Assembly: GCA_964658305.1 (NCBI GenBank)
Contig: OZ210885.1
Location: 3,472,001-3,536,000, forward strand
Reading direction: 5' to 3'
Length of the DNA stretch: 64,000 nt
Source of the DNA: Leptogorgia sarmentosa
Lineage: Eukaryota
Part shown: positions 25,501-37,746 of the stretch, in pieces
Numbering within the stretch: position 1 is the first letter of the stretch
Layout of the letters: each line of letters begins with the position of its first letter
The notes under the pieces: model-generated
What the model was told of the DNA's origin: nothing
What the model saw: the letters and a program-made list of their open reading frames with translations, nothing else
Database searches by the model: none
Made by a program: the position numbers and the translations under genes

Positions 25501-28493
25501 CTTGTTTGTAGACCTTGATCAAAAGATTGGATACATTTGACAACGGTAGTTGTTTCGAGGAAGGCGTCCAACTATCCGAGGATAACCTGTACAGGAAATA
25601 TAGGAACGCGACACGTTATTCTTCACAGGTTGTTGGCCAAAATGTTCCTTCCGTATATTATATGTTACCCTTATACTCGTGTTCTACTGATTTCGGTTGA
25701 AATGAACTTAAAAAGCAACTGTTTTCAAAAGAATTTTGTCGGGCAGAATTGCATAAATCTCTTGACCTCTAACACCTAATAGTCGATATCGACCTTTGGC
25801 TATATTGGACGTATCTCTTGTTTTTACGCAGCCAACAAGAAAAAAAGTACTCCCATTCTATATTAAGCATCATTAACACGTGTTTATGTTTATGGCTCAG
25901 TTAAGAAGCACATGCAGTTAAGGCACGGATAAGGAAATTGTCAAAGAGCAAGGTTGAGTAACATGGTTGAGTAACATGGTAGTAGAAAATGGTGGAGGAG
26001 CGTGGTTAAAGAGCATGGTTAAGGAGCATGGTTGGGGAGCATGACACGGTAAAGCCATGGTTGAGGCAAAGTTAAGGCATGGCTGAGGTAAACGCTGAAT
26101 AGAATGGAAGTATTTATATTCTTGTTGGGTGCGTAAAACTAGAGATACATCAAAGGTCAATGTCGACCTACAGTGGCGGATTACTGGGTGTCACATCTGA
26201 ATCATAGACCGTGCATCTCGTAGCAGGAAGAGTTTGGAGCATAAAACCCTGTTGTGTGACTTTCAAGAGGTCAATATTCAATGTCCCCCCAGTTGACAAC
26301 CATGAACGATGGATAATGATGCACATTTTCCAATCCTGTTTCAAAATTGCCACAAGTTGACGATTTTCCATGTAATGAGTCAAAAGGTGTCAAGAAATCC
26401 TGTGTTTTCACGATCCCTTACATTTTTCTCCCTTCAACAGGCATGTCTGAACTCTTGTTTGGGGGAGAGTCAGTTGGCTGTGTGCAAATGTGCTGAGGTT
26501 GCCTACCCCTCTGAATCAAGAGCGTGTGACATTTTTAACAACGAAGAAAGTAAGATTTGAAAAGTACTATGGAAATACAAAATCACACAGTTCAGCTGAT
26601 TGATTACGCAGCGTCAAAACGTTTTGTGTCTCAGTGCGAATCCAGATATAATGCTATCGCTAGCTTGCCCGTGCCACTGGCCATTCAGCGACGAGTTTAA
26701 ATCTTACTTGTGTAAGCCAATTAAGGCCCTCTCACACGACCAAATTATCTTTGATAAATTTCATGTGTCAAATGTTTTTTTGACCGTGTATATTACGAAT
26801 TTTCGTCAAATTTATTTTGGCAAATGCATGTGTTCAAAAACTGGTTGGTTAAATTTGGTCGTGGAAACGACGGGGCTTTAGCGTTTAGCATCAGTCGCAC
26901 ATCATAGCTTTCTTTTCTTTCTTTAGTTGAATTATTGTTTGGCAAAAAACTTACCGTGTTCACATATTTTAACTGAATAGTAGAATTTTCTCAGTTTCGG
27001 TATACATCGCAGCTGCAGCTATCCACACTGTTGGTTTCCAACGGTTTAGGAACCAATCAGAACGCTACATTTTGGCAGACGAATCGCCCTGAAATAATAG
27101 CCATGTATATAGCCATCGACAAGGTTACGCAATTGGACATTGATAATTTTTTTTGTATTTTTAGGACGTTGTTTACAGAGTGTGAAATTCCTCTTTAGCA
27201 AAGATCAACTTCCATGTATTGGAGAATGTAAGCGAGCTTGCAGGCAAGTTTTGCTTTACCTTTTATACTTTGCCATATTATACCAGAGAAGATCAAATGT
27301 GCAGTAACTGGTAGTGATATTGAACCTTTGATGTCACAACACCATAGAACTTTTTCAACAACAAGCAATTCTCTGGGATAATTTCCACCATTAAAAACCA
27401 AAAAACTCTCTAGCAAACATTACAGTCCTCTACATATATTTCGCCGCAATTACAGCTCTAATTCTTTTTTATTTTTATGAAAACCTTATAGAGAGGAGAT
27501 TTATGAAAAGACAATAAGTTCGTCTCAATGGCCATCTCCAGCGTTTAGGGTGTGTAAACGAAAGTCCAGTTAGATAAGTCAAGTCCAGTTAAAACATATC
27601 TTCCAGTATAGTTCTCGCTACAGAGATGCTTTATTATTCGTTCGTTATGCTACTGACAGACAAATTGAAAAGCCTGTTTGTGCTAATCGTTATAAACTCG
27701 ACATTTTTGCTTGTTATTGTTTCAGGAATATAGGATAGCTCAGGGTTTGAGTGTCCCTAATATAAGGTAATATATTATTATGCATCGCTTCAATTTTAAC
27801 CGCTATTGCAGACCCTAAACATAATGTGAACCCCTAAACAAATGGCTTGCACGAAACCACTGATCTTAAATAACACTGGGTAGAGGAACCTATTGCTTAG
27901 TGGTGCAGAAAATAAAACCAAATAACCATTTTCACGCTATGCGACCAGGCCTCCACCCCGTCATTTTTGGGAACCAGAACAGTTGAATTCGATAAAAGCA
28001 AAATTGTGGTTTTTGAAAGCAAAATTTAATCAAAATTCATACTATGAAAACCAGATTGGCAAGATTAAAATCAAACTGATGGGATCATCCCCTTTGATAC
28101 GATGATGAACGAGTTGGCATCCGGGGCATAGAGTTTTTATGTTCTATTCTTTGCTGTAGTAATGGACTGTTGTTGAACATATTCTACAACCAACTTAACT
28201 ATGAGGTGATAGAAGAAACATTTTCGTATGGGGTGAGGATTGCTGATTTTTTTCTTCCTCACATAACAACGAAGTTGTAATCAGCTAAATTTCCTAAGTT
28301 AAGATTTTCTACACTTCAGACGACAAAGCTTCTCGCGGACATTGGAGGTCAGCTTGGGTTATGGATTGGTATTTCAGTCCTAACCTGTGGCGAGATAGTG
28401 GAATTAATCGTCCAACTCCTTGCTCTCATCTGCACAAGATTAAAAAATGGCAAACAGAATCGAGTGGTAGTGATTGGGCAGACTACTGGATGA
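19543..28493 (+). CDS. DEG/ENaC (ASIC/HyNaC-family) amiloride-sensitive sodium channel subunit, 16 coding exons, ~779 aa
   Basis: Exons 19543-19770, 20204-20507, 20823-20981, 21338-21496, 21729-21884, 22543-22720, 23341-23550, 23713-23843, 24622-24785, 25512-25628, 26441-26549, 27165-27243, 27492-27549, 27726-27766, 28160-28232 and 28320-28493 total 2340 nt with all phases consistent. Motifs: TTGHG, TM1, FPAVTVCNLN, YGNCYTFN, GVRVVLH, Cys-rich thumb, SQWPS, and TM2 LLADIGGQLGLWIGISVLT. AATAAA at 28709. Confidence 0.95.
20355..21890 (+). repeat. Tandem exon+intron duplications within the DEG/ENaC gene
   Basis: Four copies of a ~52-aa unit (3' part of exon 2, then exons 3-5). Introns 20508-20822 and 20982-21337 are also highly similar. 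Confidence 0.92.
24192..24591. mobile_element. TTAA-flanked (Kolobok-like) non-autonomous element
   Basis: TTAA|AGTG...CACT|TTAA termini and a long internal inverted repeat (TTTCCTGCGACTTGAGTTATTTTAGTTTGTTTGCATTTTTCTTTGCA at ~24279-24325 vs ~24531-24577). Confidence 0.7.
25004..25397. repeat. Dispersed repeat, second copy at ~44428-44824
   Basis: Near-identical 3' block CTCCAAAATCTTTTTATTTTCG...TACGTGACATACAGAAAATC..CGTCTTA in a DEG/ENaC intron and an RPTP intron. Confidence 0.85.
25781..26168. mobile_element. TIR element with an internal CATGGTT-type minisatellite
   Basis: Imperfect inverted ends (GTCGATATCGACCTTTG..GTATCTC..TTTTACGCAGCCAACAAGA vs TCTTGTTGGGTGCGTAAAACTAGAGATAC..CAAAGGTCAATGTCGAC) enclosing degenerate AGCATGGTT repeats. 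Confidence 0.65.
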
Positions 28494-28893
28494 ACAACTT
28501 CAACTATTTTTGAACATATGCCCACACAGGAGGCTGTAGGAGGGGGGTGCTTCGTCTGATTTTAAGGGGAAACGTGCTTCCCCCAAAAGAGAAGATGAAC
28601 TTTGCACACTGCACGTAATATTATCGTTGTATAAATTTGTCTTGGATATACTGGGATTGCTATCCTATAGTATTAGCTAGTCTTACTCTACGCGAAACTT
28701 AGTTTTTAAATAAACCTATGTTTCTGTCTTTCATTGCACTAAAATTTATATTTAGTTCTCTAAAGTTCGCTTGGGTTACGGTTGACCGCAATTGAGGTCG
28801 ATTGTATTAACGCAAATGTCGATGATCTCAAAGTGACCACTACCGGTAAATGTCTACTGCTAAAGCAATGGGCTGGCAAACCAATCAACTGCC

Positions 28894-28959
28894 CAACCTC
28901 GTACCCAGGGTCTAGCCTACGCTGACTCAGCGAAATTACCCTGGCTTAATGCGAGGTGG
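28894..28959. mobile_element. 66-bp MITE with 9-bp TSD (Mutator-like)
   Basis: CAACCTCGTACCCAGGGT...ACCCTGG..CGAGGTGG flanked by the perfect direct repeat TCAACTGCC. Confidence 0.75.
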
Positions 28960-31900
28960 TCAACTGCCGTGCAACTTCATTCATTTTTCAATGAATAGTA
29001 GAAACGTTAAAATTGGCATCGATAACTGCAGTAAAATGTCCAGACAGCCAATCAGAAACTTCTGGTGGCAGCTGCTTTCCTATATCGTTAGCTAAAATAT
29101 TGCCTTTCCATAGAAAGTACTCACTAGGAATACTGACAGGGATTACCTGGGAATCAAAGGACAATTATCGAGGCCAATAGAACTTGAATGTTCAAGTAAT
29201 TATATCTATTACTGACATTATTCAAGGCACGTTTTCAAAAATTGACTAATCGTATTGAAGGATAAATTTTTCAGGCAATCAATTGAAGTAAAAAGTTTCA
29301 TTTAGTGCCGAAATTGAAGTGTAGAATGAACAATAAATGTATGCATGCAACGCCATTTCATGGATAAGGGTGATATTTGAACAACGTCAACGTAGCTACT
29401 TTTTCAAACTACAATGATTTCCATTAGGCGATAAATATCCCGCGATCGATTTCTTGCGCTAATTTTCTTTCCAATTGAGTCAACTGATCTGAATCTAATT
29501 ACTTCAATTCAAAAGAACGTGAGAGGAAAACGTCGATGGCAGTATAGCTGGATTATTTGTGAACGAGGTGAAATTTTTGAATGCGAACAAACTCGTTTCT
29601 TCGAAACTAATTTGCTTTGGCGTCACTAAACTTTAGCCGAAAGTGGAAAAGAAAAAGAAGCTTTGAAAGTCGCAAGCACATATGCACTTAAAAAAATTAG
29701 ATGATTGTCATGATATTGTCAGTAATGACAAAATCGATATTTCAGCTTTAAAGATACTCTAAACCGATTCAAAAGAAATTTTTCAAGCATCTGTTGCAAA
29801 AAATTAAAAGGTTCTTTAATTAGAACCTAATAACTATAACCATCGTAAAAAATGGAAACCATATTTCTCACTCGGGAATCACTATGAGACAGAGTTAGCT
29901 ACTAAGAATAGAAATAAGCGAGCAGTTATTGAAGCGAACAAATAACGTCATATTCTGTTAAACACAAGACAAAATTTTATTTCCAAGCACCCATGTTACA
30001 TGACTACATGCATGTATTTTGGAAACAATCAGAAAATTAAAATTTTTCATGCATACAGAGTAGATCAAATCAAACGAACGATATTGTATTGGGGCCGGTT
30101 GTATCAAAGGCGTTTAGCTTGAACGGTGGATAAGTAGAAAATATCAATCAAGTTTATGAACTATTGACTTCAAGGAAACTAAACTTTCTGTCCAAACATA
30201 ACAACTATGTATAGAACTACACATTTATCTGATAATATATGTTTCAATTATATATGTACAAGATGTATAGGAAGGTTTTTAAATTTTTGCCAATCTATAC
30301 CGTTTAAGCTACTTTAATGCTTTTACAAAACCATCCCTGAAAAATTGATATCTTCACATGCAAAAAATATTGAATTTTTGCATGTTTAAATGACTGTATT
30401 AAATACGATTTTTTTCCTGCAGCAAGAACTTCGTTCCTCAATAAAGTTTGTGAACTATAAAGCGATTGAATTTTTCGAATGTTTTTGTTAATGTTGTCGT
30501 GATTATATAAGAGATTGCATGCTGACAAGAAATAAATATTTATTGAGTTATACAAAATGTGCTGTTCGTGTTTTTTTATCCATGGCCATACTTGCATGAT
30601 TCTGAGTGAATTCGGATAGATTTAGGGTGCCACGATAGTCTAGTTGGCTGGCTGCTGCAATAATGTCTAAAAATGTTGAAAAATGATAATTTCATGTTTT
30701 GATCTAACATGCGACTGTTCAGAATTTTTGCTCATATAAAGACATATACTTACACAATGAATTAGAAGTGACTTGGAAAACCAACTCCAAACAGAAGTTT
30801 CATTTTGAAACTTGTAATTTAAAGCAAAGCAAATGGACACAATAAACTGTGATTATTCGAATTTATAACAAATTTGTATACCATGAATCAAAATACATAT
30901 TGGCACAAACAGGACGGAAACGTGGTAAGGATCAAGGTCTATGAGGATCGCTTCCATTACTCGTAGCAAACGTTTTTTGTTTAATCTTGAATGGAGGAAA
31001 GGCTTTTGTAATTCAGTTCAAGTGCAAGGTCGCCCACGTTGAAAGGGGTTGTTATGTATACCTGTACAGTTTTGAGTTCTATTTACAATGCTTTGTCGGT
31101 CTTTAAATCGTAAAAAAGGCTGAGTCACTGGTCTCATATTGTGTGGCATATTCGTTGAGTCATGTCTTTCCTAAGGCATCTTTATTTCTTCCCAATATAG
31201 GACTAGCTTATATCTTCTTTTGCTCTACCTTCTTAAGCTTCAAGTTTTTCTTATTCATTGACAATATTACTCTCGATTCGCTAATAAATTCATAAAGTTA
31301 TAGTAGATTGTCTATAACAACCAAAACAGAAGTTCAAAAGCTATTATTAGAGTTTAACGATTGCATATTTAAGTATGGAGAGCTAGAGCATGCAGCTATT
31401 GAATGTTTCATTTTCTTAAGATCGTTCTTATATCAAAACAACAAAAAATTATCCAAAATGTGCAAATTGATTGAATCAATTGGTCATTTCTAGTTGTTAT
31501 GATCTGGAAAGGTAAATTTAAATAACTGCTTTTACTGCTATATAAGAATTACACCGTTTAACTAAATATAGCTATCGTGCATAACAAGTCGGTTGAATTT
31601 ATGTTTCGATTTTTTTCAACACCCTTTTATTTATCATGGTAGCTACTTTAATAGAAGATCCTGGGTGGGGTGTAATGAGGGTTCGGATTCGCATTTTTTA
31701 GGCATAAAAAGTGAGACTTCTGGACCTAAAAATGAGCAAATAACAGAACAAGAGTATAGAAACAACATACTGTGCAATATGAAAAATAAACTGAACTGCA
31801 TTGGTATGTGCCTACGCCATGATTAAGTGCTACTCGGGCTCACATTGATGTGCAATATTTTGCCTACCTAAACCAATAAAGCATTGTCGTGTGAAATGAA

Positions 31901-32852
31901 GATATTATGTAATGAAATTAAGATATTATATAGATATTTAGACAAGAAAGAAAATCGTGAAAATTTGTCAAAGAAATTATATTGTCTTTTTGTAAGGAGG
32001 CCTTGGACAAAGGAAATATTGTTTCCAACTTTTAGTTTTCTCGTTTTTCGTATTAGATAGTGTTTAGCTGAAAAATCTTCCAGTTGTTGTTGTCATAGAT
32101 ACGAGTCCCTGTTGGTTAAAAAATTTGATTTGCGTGGGAAACGATTGGAACGGTGGGTGTTTGTAACATTAAAACTGCCTTGTCATTGATCCAGGTCAAG
32201 AGCGAGCAAAAAGAACAACACCAAAAGCTGTGGAACCTCAATTGTTTACCTTGTTTACAGGACTATATATATAAATGTAAAAAAGAACTTATCGAAAATA
32301 TATTCTACATTATATACATGTGCATATAAGAAAACAGCTCTGAAGTTTTTGCATACATGTAACTTATATTGAGCAATACAACAACAATACTATTGAAAGT
32401 AAGAGTAATGGAATCAACACATCAATTAACCAAGACTAATGCATAATATAGTTTCATAGACACTCAATGCTTAGTATTTTTGCATGTATCATGCTTTTGT
32501 GGGGAAAATGTCCCCTATTGCTGCAGAGCTTTCGATCAGACAAGCAATTGTAATGGTAATAATGTGATAAAGATCTGGGAAATGAAGGGTTCTGTAGAAA
32601 TGGTTTTTAGATTTAGATTAAATGAACACTATACATTGCTGACAGCTTGATACAAAGTACAGTGTAGCTCAGGGTTGTTAGTATTGGTGAATAAATAGGC
32701 CAAACCGTCATTAGGACCATCAAGAATAGGAAACAAAAAGGAAACAGAAGGATAAAATATAAAAATAAACAAAGAACATTGTTAAAAGTTTGGCCTGGTT
32801 ATTCACGAATACTAACATCCCTGGTGTAGCTAGAAGTAGGTTGCTCAGATAT

Positions 32853-32986
32853 GAATATTTTTTATGGTTTTTAGTGCTTTTGAATATTGTAATTATAAAT
32901 AGTCATAGCTTAAGTGTTCAGTACAAAATATTTCCACCCAGAAGCATATTATTTGCATGTCAAGTGTTCTTTCGTTTGCTATAAAA
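32853..32986 (+). promoter_or_regulatory. Proximal promoter of peptide paralog 2 (TATA box 32980-32986)
   Basis: GCTATAAAA, a perfect ATTTGCAT octamer at 32951 and a TTAAGTGTT block, in the same order as in the paralogs. Confidence 0.7.
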
Positions 32987-33046
32987 GCTGCCCCAAAAGG
33001 GCCGTAAACATCACAGTCTTCTGATACTTGAGGAAAAAGAAGAAAA

Positions 33047-34891
33047 ATGGAGAGAACGATCCTTTTGTTTGCGTTTCTATTCATCATATCAGCAACTCTG
33101 ATCTTTGGCGAAGATGATAAAACTTTGGTAAAAAATGTCTTGAAAAAGTGAGTGTCAAATTGGTTTTTTCCGGTTAGGCAATGTTATTGAAAACAATATA
33201 GCTACAAGTTTTTTAATGTAAAAACACAACCAGACAAGATAGAGATAAAAGTTCCCGGCTGTTGACTATTGAGAAATAAAAATTCATAGAATTTCGTTAG
33301 GAGCCGTACGTACAGTCTCATCTATCAGTTCGTACGTGTATATAACTGGAAATACATACATCCGATTGATAGCGCTATTCGCCTTTTGTACAACCGGCCC
33401 AGATAATCCTCATCACGTGATTCGGTCGATTCGATATGCTCAATTCGGTCAATCGGTAATCGCTATTGGATATTCCAGTGTTTTTCAGGTCAGTGAGTGG
33501 TCCAGGCATAACACGACTTTCAATAAACTTGGCTTGGTCACAGAATAATGACGTACTGAGGTCTTTCTGTCGTACCCACTTTTTTGTGCGCATGCTCGTC
33601 AAGTTACTAGACGCGTAGATGACGACCTGATGACGACTAAATTTAAACTTACCGAGCATGCGTAGTTGATCATTTTTTGCAAGGCTGCATTAAAAAACGT
33701 GGGTACATGAAAATATCACTTTTTAATATTGAGTTAGACCTCTGCCTGATATACGCACGTGAGATGGTTTCGTCCTATCGGAAAACAAGAAAATTGAGTT
33801 TTGGCGCTTGCTATTTAACAATTCGACAACGAGGCCGAGTTGTCTAATTGTTTTAGTATACACTCTATGCCCAGAATTGTTTATATCAAGAAAATTCTTT
33901 TGAAACCTCAAGCAAAATGCTTGCGTTTTGAGTTTCTGCAGTAGCCATATTGTTTTCGGCTTTGCTTTTTCGCGAACCGTGGTCTATCACGGAATAGACA
34001 ACGGCTGAGTAGCCAATCAGAATGTAGCATTTGTAATAGACGATGGTTGGGTGTGTATTAATACATGATAGCCATATTCACCGTAACCCTAATAATCACA
34101 ATTTCTATTGCGTGGGTTTCTTTTAATTGGATTCTCTTTGTGATGTGGACGTTATCGTGGGTGGTAAAGACAAAGAGATATTTTCGGAAGCCATGGGAAC
34201 GATCGAATGGGAATACGTGGTAAAGAAAAAAAGCAATTCGTTGGGGCAAAACAACTTTACTACATGCATGCTTTGTATAAATTTGAGTTTATTCTTATGT
34301 ATATATTCGAGGTTTTAATCGTGCTTTTTATTTTCAAATGCAAAAAAAACGAGTGTTTCCTCGAAGTGTTACGTTCAATTACGAAACCTACACGACAATT
34401 TTGTAATGCTGCGTGAAAATCGTTATCGGAATTTATTTTGAAATTGATTGTTTTTTCGGTCTAGGAGCACAGAAACATTTGCACAGCATGGCCAGGGGCG
34501 CCGGAGCGACTGAAAAGCGGCGTGGGCAGGATCGTGGAAAAGGGCACTTCAGTGTCGGAGTCGAAACCCCGGGGGGAACCTCCTCCGAGACATTAAAAAA
34601 GCACTAAAACTTTACGTCTCTGAATTTTTCTATAGGTCAGCTTTGAGCAAGATATTTGCTGATTTAAAATCTTCGCCTAGTCCTCGACCCAGCAAAAGAC
34701 CGACCCACAGAAGACGAAGCCATTGCCGTTCTGAAAGTAGTTCCAGTCGTAGTCGCAGCCGTAGCCGCAGTCATAGTCGTAGCAGGCCCACTAGCAAAGA
34801 AGATAGTGAAAGTAGGAGTCGAAGCCGTAGCAAAGGACATCATGGAAACAGAACTCGTAGCCATAGCAGAGAAAATGGTGAACATGAATAG
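33047..34891 (+). CDS. Secreted RS-repeat cationic peptide precursor, paralog 2 (118 aa, 2 exons)
   Basis: Exon 1 33047-33147 (AA|GTGAGT) plus exon 2 34636-34891: MERTILLFAFLFIISATLIFG-EDDKTLVKNVLKKSALSKIFAD-LKSSPSPRPSKRPTHRRRSHCRSESSSSRSRSRSRSHSRSRPTSKEDSESRSRSRSKGHHGNRTRSHSRENGEHE*. TATAAAA at 32980. Confidence 0.88.
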
Positions 34892-36394
34892 AAGATATAG
34901 CGATGGATATAGTCACTAGTATACCAAATGTAAATGAATTATGAAAAATGAAATATAGTATTACATGCATTACAATCAATATTGGCAATGTAATGGTATA
35001 TGTAAATTACACAATAGTACTTCTCGAGTTGAAGATGCGCCGTCCGGGCGTTAGCCAGGGGCGAGGGGGCAGGATACTATTTCCGCACGGCTAGTTGCAC
35101 CATTGTGGTAAAAGGGGAGGCTATATCAGTAATTATGCACTGTTAGCTATCGTAAACCTCGCTCTAAACCATAAACAAAAAGCAAAACCTAACCCTAACC
35201 GTGACGGCATGAGCCCACCATTAACATTGAACTGAAGTCTGAACTGTACTCTGACTTTAAATAATGAACTCAGTCTTTAAATAATTTCGATAGCCGTGCA
35301 GGATCAGACAATCCTGCACACTATCCTGCACGGAAAATTCTGAAACTTCTTTCTCATCTTTACCTTAACGACACGTCGACTGCTGAAACTATTATGGCAA
35401 AGGAAGTGTTAAATTATGACGGAATTGTCCAGACATTCCATCTATTTTCATGCACCGAAATACAAATTATACACGACGACAAATCGTAGCGTGTAAACAA
35501 ACCTTGACGAGTCATGCTAATGTAATTTCCTTGGTAACTTTGTCTCATGTGAATCTAGTTTATAAGATTCTTCATTATTCCGTCTTTTTCATAACTTTCA
35601 TAAATAGATAGTACTTCATCTCAATAACTGGCCAGTCTGCCATCTGGATTCACCTTTTAATCGTTAATACAGAAGTATACAAAAATTGCCAACTTCGCAG
35701 GACCAAATTTTCCTTCACAACATTTCGCAACCAAACTTTGCAAGGATGCTTTTTCGAGCTGTGATGATAAAAATTATTATTTCCAATTGCTTTAAAATTT
35801 GGTCTAAAAAGTTAAAAATCCATTGACTAAAACAGGGTCTAAAACAAGTATATATACCATGAGGGCAAAAAGACCAGCCAATCAAAATGCAGATTCGACT
35901 GTTCATGAAATGTGAAAAAAAATGCCCGACCAATTATTACGTACAAATAGGAGGATACGGTAACCGTTTTCTTTCTCTCATCTTCTGCATGGACGACTAT
36001 GCTGAATATAAAAAAAAATATCTAAACTACAAGGACTTGTATTTATTGAATTTTTGAATGCGAGTAAGATCGTCTCTTGGAAACAAATTTTTATGTCGTC
36101 ACTGAACTTTAACCGAAAGTGCAAAAGGAAAGGTCTTTCAAAAAGCACAAGAAGATCTACTTGATTAGTTGTTGTGGAAAATCGATATTTCCGTTTTAAG
36201 AAGGAGAATCCCCCAGGGAGATTTATAACAATCAATTTTCGATGGGTGAAGCATTTCTCAAAAATCCCGATTTATCTCGTTTAACGTATAAAGCTGTTTG
36301 TGACGCGAATGAAATTTTTGATACTAGAACCTACGGTAACTGTACCTCGAATAATAAACTGAAGCTATATGAATCATTGCCTAACAAGACGTTC

Positions 36395-36693
36395 TATTTA
36401 ACAATTAGATTACGAGCTCGAGATTTCTATGAGGTGATAGTTGATGAGGGCGAAGCCCGAATCAACTATCATCTCGTAGAAATCGAGAGCGAATAATCTA
36501 ATTGTTTTAGTAGAATCAGAGATCAAACATGAAAATATTGCAAAAAATAATTTAAAACCCCGTCTCAGAAGAGATTTTCTTGAACGAAAATTCACATATT
36601 TTGCTACTCGCTATCTATCGAGGAATAGATAGCGAGTAGAGTAGCCAATCAAATTACAGCATTTGCAATAGTATACGAGTATGATTCTACTAA
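36395..36693. repeat. Unclassified hairpin-terminated interspersed repeat family (related copies ~33812-34062, ~46228-46570, ~50825-51050, ~23280-23325)
   Basis: TATTTAACAATT terminus followed by a long stem-loop (36402-36503) and a GCCAATCA(G/A)ATT motif, recurring in both orientations. Confidence 0.65.
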
Positions 36694-37586
36694 TAAGCGT
36701 TAGTCGCTGGGGCGGATAGATTTACAGTAACTAAAACTATAAGCACAGTTGACGTTGGTGACTACAGCCTACATCAGTAATTTATAGACTCACTAGTAAA
36801 CGACAGTCGTATTTAAAACGTTGACTCAAATATAGCAAAGAATAAGACTTTAATTATTCTTCAAAACATCATATTAAAACAGACTGTCCAAATTTTGTTT
36901 CATCTCATTTAATATAATCCTTGTTTATTGATTCGAGTAAATATTCGCCGAATATTTAGTACGTACGTTACTCTCTAGCTAGTGAGTCAGAAATCCATCG
37001 AATTTAGTATTTTCGTCCCCCATTTAATATACCGCAATATTAAATTCAACAAAATAACAAATTCCTGTTTTTCAAATAATAGATGTCTAATTATGGGCCG
37101 CGAGACAGCAAAAGAAGCCTGGCAAAACTCGTGAATTTTTGTTCGGAATTTGAAGAATCTAATAAGTATCTCAACCTTTATGCAAAGTGAGCTGCGAAAT
37201 AACTATAGCATAATAGAAGCACTTGACAGCACTTCCACTGCGTTGGTAATTCGAGTAAAACGTCTGACATACGAACCGAAAACTTAAGTCGCTGCCGCCC
37301 CACTGCCCCAGCGACTAATTACGGGAAACACGGAGTTATATATTGTAAACAATACTACACTATGGAGCTAAATTAAGCTCCTAAAGATTTGTAAATATTT
37401 AGCAAGTCGTATTATATTTCTTCACATCATCATTCGTTGCCTGATCATGACTATCACTGAAGCAAACGAATAGGAAATGAATGAAAATTTATTAGAATTA
37501 AGAATTAAAAGTTGTAGTGCAAACGTAGCGAAGGGCCGAAAAAACGATAAGAAAATCAGCAGAATAGATTATTGGCGATTTTAGGG

Positions 37587-37746
37587 CAGTGGCGTAGCCA
37601 GAACGTTAATTGGGGGGCCCATATTTATATATTCATGTTCACATACCATAAAAACAATGGATTTGAAAAGAAATTAATAACGCAGAACATGAATATGAAT
37701 ATGGCCCCCCCCCCCCCCCCCAATTAACGTTCTGGCTACGCCACTG
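37587..37746. mobile_element. hAT-like MITE
   Basis: Perfect TIR CAGTGGCGTAGCCAGAACGTTAATTGGGGGG with an 8-bp TSD TTTTAGGG. Confidence 0.92.

Noticed and set aside
29000..31900. Search for a further peptide paralog, RNA gene or coding exons between the channel and paralog 2
   Set aside because: No ATGGAGA[A/G]AAC-type leader, FAD exon, tRNA/rRNA pattern or convincing spliced frame was seen by eye.
34643..34891. Annotation of the RS-rich ORFs (also 40773-41009) as SR splicing factors or protamines
   Set aside because: No RRM, and each ORF is exon 2 of a gene whose exon 1 encodes a clear signal peptide.
35186..35200. Telomere-like CCTAACCCTAACC
   Set aside because: Only about two units; this motif is common inside interspersed repeats and is not an interstitial telomere.
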